Positions 35,187-45,301 of a DNA stretch of 55,283 nt are shown here, piece after piece (position 1 is the stretch's first letter; the number at the start of each line of letters is the position of its first letter). Source of the stretch: Pseudomonadota bacterium (GTDB lineage: Bacteria > Bdellovibrionota > FAC87 > UBA2466); the NCBI GenBank assembly GCA_043767805.1, contig JAYUGC010000146.1, forward strand, positions 1-55,283. The letters are read 5' to 3'. The position numbers and the translations under genes are program-made. The notes beneath the pieces were generated by a model. That model had not been told where the DNA came from, searched no databases, and worked only from the letters and a program-made list of their open reading frames with translations.

Positions 35187-35903
35187 TTAGAAAAAAGCTT
35201 TCACTCCGAAAGCGATTCCGTTGCGATCGCGCGCGGCTGGTCCCGGTCCTGCCGTGCGGCTCTGCTTCTCCGTAAAAAGCTGTGCGTACACTCTCAAGAA
35301 ACTGAAATCGATGAAGGCCTCTCCTTCGAGCCGGTTTCCCGTCTCGGCGATGCCATTGTCGTTTTGAAGGGCGTTGAAATAGTGCCGGTACAGGCCGCCG
35401 ATGCCGAAGTGTTTGAAGAGGTAAAAGGTAATGGATAGACCGGCCAGCGGGTTCAAGAAAGTAGCTTGATCTTTAAGGGAACGAAGTCCCCCCTGCAACG
35501 TGATGTTGGTGCCTTGGGCGTGAAGCCCGAAGAGGCGAAAGTGGAAGAGCGCCACCCATTCGGAAAGACGAAACTCTTTTTGCGCTTCCAGGCCGAAGAT
35601 GCTGGCGTAAGCCGCGATGAACGCTTTTCCCGAGTTGGCGTTGTAGCTGAGAGAGCCGTTCTCCTTCCCGAATTGATAGTCTCCGCCCAAATAAAATTCG
35701 TAAGGAGTGGGGGAGTGGATGGCGAGCCAAAGATCCATCAGCCGCATTCGGTCCCGGGTCTCTAGCCATTCACTGAGGCTCCAGCGGCCCGGCTGTTTCT
35801 TTTCCTGTTTCTGGACGACGAACTGATAAACGTCGTCGGCCTTCGCGGGGGAGGAGGCCAGGAAAGTCGCGGCAAGGAACAAGAGCCCAAAAAGGCGTTT
35901 CAT
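35187..35903 (-). CDS. Putative outer membrane beta-barrel protein
   Basis: Signal peptide ending PAKA; helical N-segment RWSLSEWL..RDRMRLMDLWLA; beta-strands; terminal GVKAFF. Confidence 0.7.
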   Translation of the reverse strand: MKRLFGLLFLAATFLASSPAKADDVYQFVVQKQEKKQPGRWSLSEWLETRDRMRLMDLWLAIHSPTPYEFYLGGDYQFGKENGSLSYNANSGKAFIAAYASIFGLEAQKEFRLSEWVALFHFRLFGLHAQGTNITLQGGLRSLKDQATFLNPLAGLSITFYLFKHFGIGGLYRHYFNALQNDNGIAETGNRLEGEAFIDFSFLRVYAQLFTEKQSRTAGPGPAARDRNGIAFGVKAFF

Positions 35904-35910
35904 GGAATTA

Positions 35911-37524
35911 CTATAGCCGATAGGTGGCGCCTAAGTTCAGAACGAATCGGCTGAACTTGTAAGGCAGAGCGACATTGGAATTGTTCTTCTGAAACTCGAG
36001 ATTGCCGAACAAGCTGACGGGCGAGCTGAGGCGATAGCTGAGCCCCGTTCCACCCGACAGATTCACGTCGAAGCGCGGGCCGTCCGGCCGATCTTTAAAC
36101 GAAGAGCTGCCTAAAATCACAAAAAGCGAGACCGTCGACTTACCCGACAGAGAGAACAGATTGGCCGCTTCCATTTCCAAGCCACGGCTCCGGAACTCGG
36201 TTCCTTTGGTATAGTGAATGACTCCTCGGAGCGCCAGGCTCGGGTTCCAGAGATCGTGACCGCGATCCTGACGGACGAGAATTTCCGTGGAGTAATCCGT
36301 TCCGGTCTTCAGAAATTGGCTCGTCGTCTCTGAATCGAGGAAGAACCGCTGCGGGCTCAAGTTGAGCGAAGCGAGCAAGGTCCATCTTCCGCCGAGCGAG
36401 GTCTTCAGGTAGGGGGCAAAGACGCCGAGCAAGCTGTAGGTGCGGTACCTTTGAGTGCCCAAAACGGGATCGAGCGTGTAGCGGAACGAGCCCACTGCTC
36501 CGAGTCGCAAGCCCGCGCTCAGGGGAGACAAAGGCTTATAGCCAAGGATGAGGGAAAGATCGTTCGAGATGTATTGGCCCGCGGCCGTCTCTCGGTTGAA
36601 ATTATAGTTCCAGGCGGAGCGAAGCACGGGGGTGAACTGAATCTTTTTTAGAGGAGAGCTGGAATAGCCCAACTCCGCGTTGAGGAATTGGCGAAGCGAT
36701 CCGCGTCCCGAGGGTCCCGAGGCCGGAGAAGTGGCTCCGCTCGGCGTAAAAAGCACGTTCGAGTCGTAGCCCGCGAGCGTGCCGACCCTGAAGAAGGCCG
36801 AGCCTTTGTCTAAAACTCCGACGACTTTGTCGAAGGAGGCCATGATTAGTTTGGCGAGCTCGTTACCTTCCGCCTGGCGCGAGGGATCGGCGAGCTGCAG
36901 AGCCGCGAGCTCGCGCGCGCGGAAGTAGTGAAATACCGTACTGGCGCGATCGTTTGCAACGTTAGAGAGCTCCGCGAGATAGAGGTGCGTCGGTGCTTTG
37001 AGCTCCGATGAGTCCTTGTCCAAAACCGACTGAAAATGAGCCTCGGAAGTTTCGTAGTGTTTTTGAAGATAGTCGATCGTCCCCAGAAAATAGTGAGACG
37101 CCCCGACGTTGAACTTGCGGCGAATGCTGTCGGTTAAAAGGGGGGCGGCGTCGCCGTAGGCTTTTTGCCGGAAGTACAGAGTGCCGAGCTCGAAACGGTA
37201 CGCGGACTCCTCCTCGGGTTCGGTCGTCTTGCGGCCCAGCAGATCCTTGAGCAGTAAAATCGCTTCGTTGGTTTTTCCGAGCGCCTTTAGCGAAAGCGCT
37301 TTGAGCTCCGTCGCCTCTTCCAGCTTCGGGTAGCGGGACAAAACCTCGTCGAGTTGCCGGAGGGAACCAGAGTAGTCCTTCGTGTGGAAAGAAAGCACTG
37401 CCGAGCTATAGGCCGACTCAACGTCGGAAGGGACAACGGCGCGCGCGGGAGCTCCCTGAAGAAATAAAGCCCCCAGTAGCAGAGTTAGGAACTTGCCGGT
37501 CCCAAATGGAGCATTGGTTGTCAC
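35911..37524 (-). CDS. TPR-repeat plus C-terminal beta-barrel outer membrane protein
   Basis: Signal peptide ending PARA; TPRs (YRFELGTLYFRQKAYGDA, HYFLGTIDYLQKHYETS); GYDSNV barrel-start motif; terminal LGATYRL. Confidence 0.8.
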   Translation of the reverse strand: MTTNAPFGTGKFLTLLLGALFLQGAPARAVVPSDVESAYSSAVLSFHTKDYSGSLRQLDEVLSRYPKLEEATELKALSLKALGKTNEAILLLKDLLGRKTTEPEEESAYRFELGTLYFRQKAYGDAAPLLTDSIRRKFNVGASHYFLGTIDYLQKHYETSEAHFQSVLDKDSSELKAPTHLYLAELSNVANDRASTVFHYFRARELAALQLADPSRQAEGNELAKLIMASFDKVVGVLDKGSAFFRVGTLAGYDSNVLFTPSGATSPASGPSGRGSLRQFLNAELGYSSSPLKKIQFTPVLRSAWNYNFNRETAAGQYISNDLSLILGYKPLSPLSAGLRLGAVGSFRYTLDPVLGTQRYRTYSLLGVFAPYLKTSLGGRWTLLASLNLSPQRFFLDSETTSQFLKTGTDYSTEILVRQDRGHDLWNPSLALRGVIHYTKGTEFRSRGLEMEAANLFSLSGKSTVSLFVILGSSSFKDRPDGPRFDVNLSGGTGLSYRLSSPVSLFGNLEFQKNNSNVALPYKFSRFVLNLGATYRL

Positions 37525-37554
37525 AGGTTTTTATCCAAGATAAAGTTTGGATCA

Positions 37555-38520
37555 ATGGTCCCCCAGAAAAATCAACTCTGTCAAACCGCGTTCCTGTTTT
37601 GTTTTTTGGGGCTATTTTTGGTTTTGCCGCTCAATGCCGAGACGCACCGCATTTTCAAGCGAGGGCCTTCGGAAGAGGTACCCGCCGCTAAAGTGGTCAG
37701 CATCAACGGGCGAGTGCGCAGCGGAGATCGCTATCTAAAGCCCGGCGACTCGCTTGCCGCCGGGGATGTGGTGCGCGCGGAAGAGGAGTCGGGAGCGAAG
37801 CTCCTTCTCGCGGACAACTCGATTATAGACATATGTGCGTCTTCCAGCCTGCGACTCGAATCGTTTGTCCCGAACTCAGGAGCCGACCGAGAGGTCACCC
37901 TTTCCGTCGAAAAAGGAAAAGTGCGCGCTTCCATCAAGAAGAAGCTCGAAGGACGTGGTAAGTTCCTGTTGCGCACGCCAGCTTCGGTGCTCGCGGTGCG
38001 TGGCACCGAGCTTTTGATCGACGTGGGCGCGCCGGGTAGCCATTCCATTGAATCTGTCGTCGTCAAAGAGGGCAACGTCATCGCGGAGCTCGCGGGCGGC
38101 GGCGGCAAAATAAGCATTCCAGAGGGCCATCGCTTGGACTCTCGCGCCTCTCGCTCCGGCGAAAATTGGTCGGTGCGGCCTTCGGACTCCCGGATGGCCT
38201 CGGTCGGCGGCTCGGAAATGTCAGGGGCGTTTAACCGGGGTACGGTCGTGGATCGGAGTTTCTTGCAAGGCGTCGAGATTCGGGAGAACAGCGCCCTCTT
38301 CCAAGGCCGGGAAATAGTACAGACGCTGGCGGTTAACTTTAACGCGCCCCCTCCGCTTCCTCCGCAATGGCGCGCCGATCCCGGGCAGGTTTTGAAAGAT
38401 CATACGCCAGTTCGGGGGGATGCTACCAGCGCGCTACGTCGCCCCGGTACGGATCAGGCTATCGACATCGGGGGAGCCAACTTGCCGGCGGTGGATGTCT
38501 CGGTGATTTTCAAGCCTTAG
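37555..38520 (+). CDS. FecR-domain periplasmic protein
   Basis: Signal or TM; GDVVRA...SGAKLLLADNS.I.I, G.VRASIKK, TPASVLAVRGTE, VKEGNV. Confidence 0.88.
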   Translation: MVPQKNQLCQTAFLFCFLGLFLVLPLNAETHRIFKRGPSEEVPAAKVVSINGRVRSGDRYLKPGDSLAAGDVVRAEEESGAKLLLADNSIIDICASSSLRLESFVPNSGADREVTLSVEKGKVRASIKKKLEGRGKFLLRTPASVLAVRGTELLIDVGAPGSHSIESVVVKEGNVIAELAGGGGKISIPEGHRLDSRASRSGENWSVRPSDSRMASVGGSEMSGAFNRGTVVDRSFLQGVEIRENSALFQGREIVQTLAVNFNAPPPLPPQWRADPGQVLKDHTPVRGDATSALRRPGTDQAIDIGGANLPAVDVSVIFKP

Positions 38521-38557
38521 CCCTCACCTCGCGCTCCTAAAATACCGAAAAGAAAGC

Positions 38558-40852
38558 GTGAAGCATAAGCTTTGGCTGGTGCATGCCGCGCTGATTCTAT
38601 TTTTCGCGGGCACCTATATTCTCTACTCTTTCGGGCAGCGCGGAGAACTGCGCGGGCCTTACCTTCATAATCAGGTTTTTCCCACACTCCAGCGCGTGGC
38701 CGTATTCTTTTCCGACTTGAAGCTGCGCCTTCGCGGGACGCGCTCCGTACAGAACCGCATCGCCATTTTGGAAATCAACGGAGATGCTTTGGATCGCGTC
38801 GGCCGCTGGCCATGGCGCCGCGACATGATCGCGTGGGTCGTCAAAAAAGCTTATGCGGCGGGAGCTAAAGCGGTGGGCGTCGACATCGTTTTTTCCGAGC
38901 CGCAAGTTTCCGTCCCCGAGGAGCTCGTTTCCTTTCTCCAGGAAAAGCGACTTGGCGAGGTTCTCTCCGAGCTCGATTTCGATGCCCAGCTAGCCGCGAC
39001 CGTCAGGAAGTACCAAGATCGTTTGGTGCTTGGCTGGTTTAGTGAGAGTAACTGTTTGCCGGCGATGAGCTCTCGCACAGCCTGCCCGGTGCATGTGACC
39101 GACGTGCCCAAAGATGTTTTGTCCCTTATCGAGCCGTTTTTATTCGGAGGCGTGCAATTCAACGGTAAGTTCGAACCGTCGAAGACTCCCGTGCTGACCG
39201 CGCTCGACGTGACTCCAAATATTGAGCTCATCAGCCGGGCGACGAGGCACGCTGGATTTCTAAATGCCTCTCGGGACGCGGACGGCCTCATTCGGCGGAC
39301 TCGTCTCGTGATGATGGTAAATGGCGAGCCATACCCCAACTTCGCTCTCGAGCTTGCCTCCGTGGTGAAGGGAGACCCTCTCGTCATTTCCTTTAATAAA
39401 AAAGCCGCGGTCGAACAGGTCGGTTACCAGAAACAGAAAGGGGCTATCCCCGTTTTACCGACGGGAACCGCAAGTCTTAATCTGAGAGGCCCTCACTGGA
39501 CGTTCCCTTATGTCTCCGTCCCCACACTGTTAACCGCGGTGGATGACGACATGAAAGTGGTCAACGCGGCCGCTGTAGCTCCCCTGAAAGATGCGGTAGT
39601 CCTGCTCGGCATGACGGCGTTGGGAGGTGCCGACATGGTGGCGACTCCTTTCGATAGGGAAATTCCCGGCGTGGAAATCCATGCGACCCTTCTCGACAAT
39701 TTGCTCTCGGGCGATCTGCTTCGGACGGAAGGTACCCGCTGGGGCTTCTGGGCGATTCTCTTTCTCATGAGCGTCGGGGGCGTCGCCTTTTCGCAGGTGA
39801 CCCAACGTTTGGGAGGCTTGCAAACGCTGCTTGGTTTTGGCGTCGTTTTCGCGGCGACTGTTCTCGTCGATACCCGGGTACTTTTTGCCTCGAACATAGA
39901 TATCGCCAGCGGCTTTCTCTATTTGGAATGGCTGGGGATCGTGGGCACCAGCCTCGTGGCGAAATATCTTCAGGAAGAACGGAACAAAAATTTCCTGAGA
40001 AGCGCCTTTTCCAAGTACGTCGCCCCTGCCGTGGTGGACGCCATCGTTTCGAATCCCTCGTCCTTGTCTCTCGGTGGCCGCAAGGCGCCGGTGACCGTTT
40101 TTTTCAGCGACTTGCGCGGCTTTACTTCCTTTGCCGAGAAAATCGACGGCAGTCACCTGGTGGAATATCTAAACGAGTACTTCACCCTCATGACGGACGT
40201 TCTTTTTTCTTACCAAGGCACTTTGGACAAGTTCATTGGAGACTCGGTCATGGCTTTTTGGGGAGCTCCGCTTTCCCAGGCGGATCACGCGGTGCGGGCG
40301 TGTGAGGCGGCGGTGGCCATGGTGAGAAAGGTCGACCACCACCGGGCGCGTCTCAAGGCGAAGTATGGCTACGAGACTCGCATGGGAATCGGCATCCACT
40401 CAGGCGTTGTCACCGTGGGAAACTTAGGCTCCGAGAAGAATGTGAACTTCACGGTCATCGGCGATGGCGTGAACCTCGCCTCACGCCTTCAATCGGCCAC
40501 GAAAATGTTTGGCGCGGAAATTCTCACTAGCCGGGAAACCTTGGAAGGGATTCGCGCCGCGGGGTTTGAACCACCCGCTCATCGCTTGCTGGGCGAAGTC
40601 TGGCTCAAGGGCAAAGCGAAGCCCATCGAAGTGGCGGAAGTTTTGTCCTCTCCCATCGAAGCCGGAAAGCTGGCGGCTTTCTCGGAAGGCCGAGCGCTTC
40701 TCGAGGAAGGAAAATGGGAACTGGCGAGCGAGAAGTTCAAGCTCGCGGGTGCCGAGACGGATCCGGTTTGCCGGGCTTTCTTGAAGCGATGCGAAGAGTA
40801 TCTGCAGAATCCCCAGAATGCCGTGGCTCACGCCTGGGTCATGGCCGCCTAA
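38558..40852 (+). CDS. CHASE2-domain class III adenylate cyclase
   Basis: CHASE2 motifs GRWPWRR, GAKAVGVDIVFSEP, DADGLIRR, PGVEIHA; three TMs; cyclase motifs FSDLRGFT, LDKFIGD, NFTVIGDGVNLASRL, LKGK. Confidence 0.95.
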   Translation: MKHKLWLVHAALILFFAGTYILYSFGQRGELRGPYLHNQVFPTLQRVAVFFSDLKLRLRGTRSVQNRIAILEINGDALDRVGRWPWRRDMIAWVVKKAYAAGAKAVGVDIVFSEPQVSVPEELVSFLQEKRLGEVLSELDFDAQLAATVRKYQDRLVLGWFSESNCLPAMSSRTACPVHVTDVPKDVLSLIEPFLFGGVQFNGKFEPSKTPVLTALDVTPNIELISRATRHAGFLNASRDADGLIRRTRLVMMVNGEPYPNFALELASVVKGDPLVISFNKKAAVEQVGYQKQKGAIPVLPTGTASLNLRGPHWTFPYVSVPTLLTAVDDDMKVVNAAAVAPLKDAVVLLGMTALGGADMVATPFDREIPGVEIHATLLDNLLSGDLLRTEGTRWGFWAILFLMSVGGVAFSQVTQRLGGLQTLLGFGVVFAATVLVDTRVLFASNIDIASGFLYLEWLGIVGTSLVAKYLQEERNKNFLRSAFSKYVAPAVVDAIVSNPSSLSLGGRKAPVTVFFSDLRGFTSFAEKIDGSHLVEYLNEYFTLMTDVLFSYQGTLDKFIGDSVMAFWGAPLSQADHAVRACEAAVAMVRKVDHHRARLKAKYGYETRMGIGIHSGVVTVGNLGSEKNVNFTVIGDGVNLASRLQSATKMFGAEILTSRETLEGIRAAGFEPPAHRLLGEVWLKGKAKPIEVAEVLSSPIEAGKLAAFSEGRALLEEGKWELASEKFKLAGAETDPVCRAFLKRCEEYLQNPQNAVAHAWVMAA

Positions 40853-40856
40853 TCCG

Positions 40857-43001
40857 CTAGAGCGATTGGATCCATTCGGTAATGAGGGCGACGCCTTCAG
40901 CGTCGATTTGGTGAGTGCCGACGGGAGGCATGCGCTTATCGTCTAGGCGTTTCATTCTTTCTAACAAAAGACTTTTCGAAGGGTTGCCGGCTACCACGCG
41001 GGCGGCACCTGGGATGCCTAAGTCGCCCGAGTTCGGCGCGATGCCGACGAGGCGCATAGTGGGCGCCGAGACATCGGCGCGCAGATCGATGTCGTTGGGC
41101 GTTCCGCCGGCGGGGCGGTGGCAAACGGCGCAATTTACTTCGAGGTAAGCGCGGGCGCGCCGTTCTAAGGAAGTCGCAGTGTCGTGGAGAGCCGGAAAAG
41201 CTTTCACAGGAGCGGCGGAAATATCTCCGTTAAAAAGCGCGATATGATTCCAGGCTCTCAGCTGATTGTCGTTCTGAACCGGGTAGGCGAAATCTTTGGC
41301 GATCTGACGGGCGCTCACGCCTAGCACGAAGCCTGCGCCGGGCGTGTGGCAGCGCATGCAGTCCGCTCTAGACGGGTAGTCCCAAGTTTGTGGGGCCGGC
41401 CCTGAAGGCCCGGCCACCAGAAGGGTTTCGGTCTCGGCGGCGTCTATCAAGTTGGCGTCCGTTTGGGCCGCATTCCATCGGTAGGTGTAGCCTTTCCAAC
41501 CGTCCTTCTGCCGGAGAAAAACGCGCGTCTCCAAGCGCTTCTGGCTTCCGTCGGCGAGCTTTCTTTCGAAGTGTTTCGTAAACACGGTGCCGACCGGAAA
41601 GGTCCAGTTTTTTTCCGGCTCGAAATAGATCGAGGCGTTGGAAGGGAGTCCCATCCAGCGCCGCTTCATCGCGCCATCGGACCAGAGCGGCTGGTTGACG
41701 TCGTACTCGATGAGGCCAGGGTTCGGCTCGAGTCGGGAGGTATTTGTGAAAAGCCCCGTCTTTGAAAGCGTATCCGGGAATTGAGCGGTCGTCGGCGCGC
41801 GCTCGGAGAGCTTATAGATCTGCCCGGCCTCGCCGTAGCCCACGAAATAAACTTCGCCATTCGCGTCCTCTCCGAGAGATGTGAGGTAGATGGGTAGCGT
41901 GCCGAGCTCCGAGATCGACTGAACCTTCGCGCCCTGTTTGACGAGTCCCCAAACCGTACGGGTGAGCGTATCGCCGAAAAGGTAAGTGCCTTTTAGCGCC
42001 GGGAGGCGTTGGCCGCGGTAGACGTAACCTCCGACGACGCTTCGGCCTTTACTGTGATCGTACTCGTGAATGGGTGCCTTGAATGTCGCGGGGCAGGCGC
42101 CGCCGCCGGGAAATTTATGGAACCCCTCGCAAGAGTTCCAGCCGAGGTTATCGCCTTTTTCGACGATGTCGATTTCCTCGTATTTGTCTTGGCCGACATC
42201 GCCGACCCAAAGCTCTTTGGTCTGGCGATCGAAGGAGAACCGCCACGGATTACGCGCCCCCGTCGCCCAGATCTCCGGGCGGTAGGCCGCATCATTTACG
42301 AAAGGATTATCGGCGGGAACTTTGTAGGGCGAGCCTCCTCTCGGATCGATGCGAAGGATTTTTCCGAGCAGCGTTTTCTTATTCTGTCCGTTGCCATGGG
42401 GATCGCCCCCATCCCCGCCGTCGCCCATGCCGATGTAGAGCATGCCATCGGGACCGAAGGCGAGCATGCCGCCGTTGTGATTGTTGTAGGGCTGATTGAT
42501 TTGCAAAAGGATCGCGGCACTCGTGGGATCCGCTTTGTCCTCGCCCGAGCGGTGGTACCGGGCGACGACCGTTCTGAGTGGACGAGAAGCCGTGTAGTTC
42601 ACGTAGAAATTGCCGGTCGTCGCGTAATCGGGATCGAAGGCAAGCCCGAGCAGGCCTTCCTCCCCGGCCTCGCTACTAATGAGGCCGGAAAGATCGAGAA
42701 AGACCTTGGTGGAGGAAACGTTGGGATCGTTTTCGAAAGTCAGGATACGGCCGCCTTGTTCCAAAACGAAAAGCCGAGCCGCGTCGGCGGGCGCCGAGGT
42801 CACATAGGTACCCTTGGCAAACTCCAAGTTCGGAAAGGCCGGCACGAGCTCATACCGATCCGCGAGCGGCGCCGCGGCGGGAAAGGTGAGCCCGGTAAGC
42901 GCTGGTCGGCTAGCAAGGCCAAAGCCCGCTGGCTGAGCTAAAGCCATCCCAGAGCCAAAATACCAAACTCCAATCAACAAACGGCGCAGCTGCCTCAGCA
43001 T
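40857..43001 (-). CDS. PQQ-dependent glucose/sorbosone-type dehydrogenase fused to a diheme c-type cytochrome domain
   Basis: GEEGLLGLAFDP, NHNGGMLAFGPDGMLYIGMGDGG, GARNPWRFSFD; LWSDGA.K.RW, ETRVF; CMRCH and CAVCH. Start at 43001 or 43016. Confidence 0.9.
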   Translation of the reverse strand: MLRQLRRLLIGVWYFGSGMALAQPAGFGLASRPALTGLTFPAAAPLADRYELVPAFPNLEFAKGTYVTSAPADAARLFVLEQGGRILTFENDPNVSSTKVFLDLSGLISSEAGEEGLLGLAFDPDYATTGNFYVNYTASRPLRTVVARYHRSGEDKADPTSAAILLQINQPYNNHNGGMLAFGPDGMLYIGMGDGGDGGDPHGNGQNKKTLLGKILRIDPRGGSPYKVPADNPFVNDAAYRPEIWATGARNPWRFSFDRQTKELWVGDVGQDKYEEIDIVEKGDNLGWNSCEGFHKFPGGGACPATFKAPIHEYDHSKGRSVVGGYVYRGQRLPALKGTYLFGDTLTRTVWGLVKQGAKVQSISELGTLPIYLTSLGEDANGEVYFVGYGEAGQIYKLSERAPTTAQFPDTLSKTGLFTNTSRLEPNPGLIEYDVNQPLWSDGAMKRRWMGLPSNASIYFEPEKNWTFPVGTVFTKHFERKLADGSQKRLETRVFLRQKDGWKGYTYRWNAAQTDANLIDAAETETLLVAGPSGPAPQTWDYPSRADCMRCHTPGAGFVLGVSARQIAKDFAYPVQNDNQLRAWNHIALFNGDISAAPVKAFPALHDTATSLERRARAYLEVNCAVCHRPAGGTPNDIDLRADVSAPTMRLVGIAPNSGDLGIPGAARVVAGNPSKSLLLERMKRLDDKRMPPVGTHQIDAEGVALITEWIQSL

Positions 43002-43111
43002 AGAACCCCCATTCAAACTTTTCCTTTCGACCTTAGCGCGAAATCGGGACGAGCGGCGGCGCCCATCTGGCTAATTGTTAACAGGTTTCTGCGCTCGTTT
43101 TGCGCGAGGCG

Positions 43112-43810
43112 TTAGTAACGATCGTAAAAGCTGAAGCCCAGCTCTTGACGACGAATGGCGCGAAGAATGGCTTCGGGATGCCGCTCGCAATGAAGAAGAG
43201 TTTTCCAGGAGCGCATTTGTCGGGCGACGTGAAGATCTCCGTTGGCGAGCTTCGGCAAGGAAGTCGCCGCCACTTCCGCGAAAACGAAAGGGCCGCTGGC
43301 GACTTCCCAGGCGTCGAAAAGCTCTTCGAGCTCTCGCCTGCGATCCCAGAGCTCGTAGGTTTGCTTCTCCATCTTGCGGGTGTGAACGGGATGAGCGGCT
43401 ACCGCGACGCCGCCTTGGGCGTGAATCTCTCGGATGAGGTCCACGGGATCGTCGTCGGCCGAAACGTAAGCGGAGATCCCAAGCCCCAAGACATGGGCCG
43501 AGCGCCAGTTGTTGATCGAGTTCTTGCTGAGCTCAAAGCCGGGAATCACGACCATGCGGTACCGCTCCCACGCTCGGGCGGCTTCTTGCCGCACGGCTTG
43601 TAAATAGTTGGTAAAGCCGCCTCTGGAGAGCACTTTTTCGAGGTGTATCGCCGCTTTTCCGATTAGGGTTTTCTCTTCGGCGATGTGATCGGTGATGGCG
43701 ATGGCGCCAAAGCCGTGGCTTCCGTAAAGATCGACCACATCCGGCAACGCGAGGCCGCCATCGCTCAAATTCGAATGGACATGGAAGTCAGCGAGAAAGG
43801 GCTTCGTCAT
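43112..43810 (-). CDS. PHP domain phosphoesterase
   Basis: DFHVHS..SDG, AITDH, GFE, AHP, NGDLH. Start trimmed to the ATG at 43810. Confidence 0.9.
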   Translation of the reverse strand: MTKPFLADFHVHSNLSDGGLALPDVVDLYGSHGFGAIAITDHIAEEKTLIGKAAIHLEKVLSRGGFTNYLQAVRQEAARAWERYRMVVIPGFELSKNSINNWRSAHVLGLGISAYVSADDDPVDLIREIHAQGGVAVAAHPVHTRKMEKQTYELWDRRRELEELFDAWEVASGPFVFAEVAATSLPKLANGDLHVARQMRSWKTLLHCERHPEAILRAIRRQELGFSFYDRY

Positions 43811-43958
43811 TCCAGGATCCAGTTTGGAAGAGAGGGGTAAAGTGGACTTAAATACGCCGAAAAGTTTGCTTAAATGGCCGGAGGCCGTTAAATTTTCACG
43901 TATTCCTCCTAATATGCTGCTTTCGGATACCAAGGATTGGGTCGACACGAGGGCGAAC

Positions 43959-44861
43959 ATGCGCGTTGGCTTGGTGGATCTCGGCACGAACTCGGTGCGC
44001 TACGACATCTACGAGCTTGGGGCTCGGGGGAAAGTTAAAACTCTCCATAGCAACAAGGAGATGATCCGGCTCGGGCACAATGTGTTCAGCACGGGACGTC
44101 TTGATCCGAAAGCGATTCGCCGCTTGCTGCGATCGTTTCGCGATTATCGCTCACTCACCGAAGATTACGGCGTGGAGCGTATTGCCGCTTTTGCCACGAG
44201 CGCGCTGCGGGAAGCGCGCGATGGCCAGCGAGTCAAAAAGCTCATTCATCACGAAACCGGAATCCGCGTCCGGGTGATCAGCGGAAATGAAGAAGCCCGG
44301 CTCATCGCCTTGGGCGTGCAGAACAACGAGCGCCGGTGCCGTGGCCGCTACACTTTGATCGACATCGGCGGCGGAAGCACGGAGCTCATCGTTTGCCGCG
44401 GCCGCAGCGTTCTCGAGCGCGGAAGCTTGAAGCTCGGCGTTGCCCGCATTCAGGAAGTTTATTTGAAAGGCTCTTCGCCCCGCCATATCGCCGCGGCTTA
44501 CCGCTACTTCGCGCGGGTGCGCGCGGGCGGAGCGGCGCGAGAGCTGGGCCGGCACCAAGTGGATCGGGCCATCGGTTCCAGCGGGACGGTGAAAGCGCTT
44601 TCCAAAATTCTCAAGCGCACCCACGGGGAAGCGGAAATCCGCCGCACTAGTCTCGCCGAGCTCCGCTATGAGATGACGGGCAAGACGAGAAGTCAGTTAT
44701 TGCGCTTTCCGGGCATGACGGAGCGGCGGGTGGATCTCATCCTCGCGGGCGCTTTGATTCTGGAAGAGTGCATGGAGCTCGTGGGCGCCAAAAGCGTCGT
44801 GCCCACGCCGTTTGCCCTTCGAGACGGATTGCTCGAAGAGATCTTGAGAAAAACGAGCTAA
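43959..44861 (+). CDS. ppx: Ppx/GppA exopolyphosphatase (short form)
   Basis: VDLGTNS, ATSALREA, ISGNEEA, DIGGGSTE, GSSGT, LRDG; no C-terminal HD region. Start at the ATG 43959. Confidence 0.92.
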   Translation: MRVGLVDLGTNSVRYDIYELGARGKVKTLHSNKEMIRLGHNVFSTGRLDPKAIRRLLRSFRDYRSLTEDYGVERIAAFATSALREARDGQRVKKLIHHETGIRVRVISGNEEARLIALGVQNNERRCRGRYTLIDIGGGSTELIVCRGRSVLERGSLKLGVARIQEVYLKGSSPRHIAAAYRYFARVRAGGAARELGRHQVDRAIGSSGTVKALSKILKRTHGEAEIRRTSLAELRYEMTGKTRSQLLRFPGMTERRVDLILAGALILEECMELVGAKSVVPTPFALRDGLLEEILRKTS

Positions 44862-45301
44862 CGCTCGAGGACGACCCAGTCGCCCTTACCCAGTTCTTCA
44901 CCCTCGCCCGTCGCAAGCTTCATGAACTCCGGGATCCAGTCGCCATGGGAACACGCGACGACGCAGGGCGGACCCTTCTTTTCCCACCAGGTGAGAAAGC
45001 GTTTGAGTCTTCCCCGGAATCGTCCGGCTGATTCCTTGAGATCCTCTCTTTGTTCGTCGAGCAGCGGAGACACGCGGACAGGGAGGCCGAGGCCCGCGGC
45101 TAAGGTTTCCACGGTCTCGGTGCAGCGTCGTTTGGGACTCGAGATGAAAGCGACCTCGCGCTTGGCGAGCTTTTTCTCCCAGTGGTGCTCGAACTCTTGC
45201 CGCTGCTTGCGGCCTTTGGGACTCAATCCGTTATCCAGGCTTCTGCCCCGGCTTTTATCCCGGTGGGCGTGGCGGACTAGGATGAGAGTCTTCTTACTCA
45301 A
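44858..45301 (-). CDS. sixA: SixA-like histidine phosphatase
   Basis: LILVRHA, LSPKG, SSPKRRCTET, CSHG; overlaps the ppk1 stop. Confidence 0.8.
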   Translation of the reverse strand: MSKKTLILVRHAHRDKSRGRSLDNGLSPKGRKQRQEFEHHWEKKLAKREVAFISSPKRRCTETVETLAAGLGLPVRVSPLLDEQREDLKESAGRFRGRLKRFLTWWEKKGPPCVVACSHGDWIPEFMKLATGEGEELGKGDWVVLER

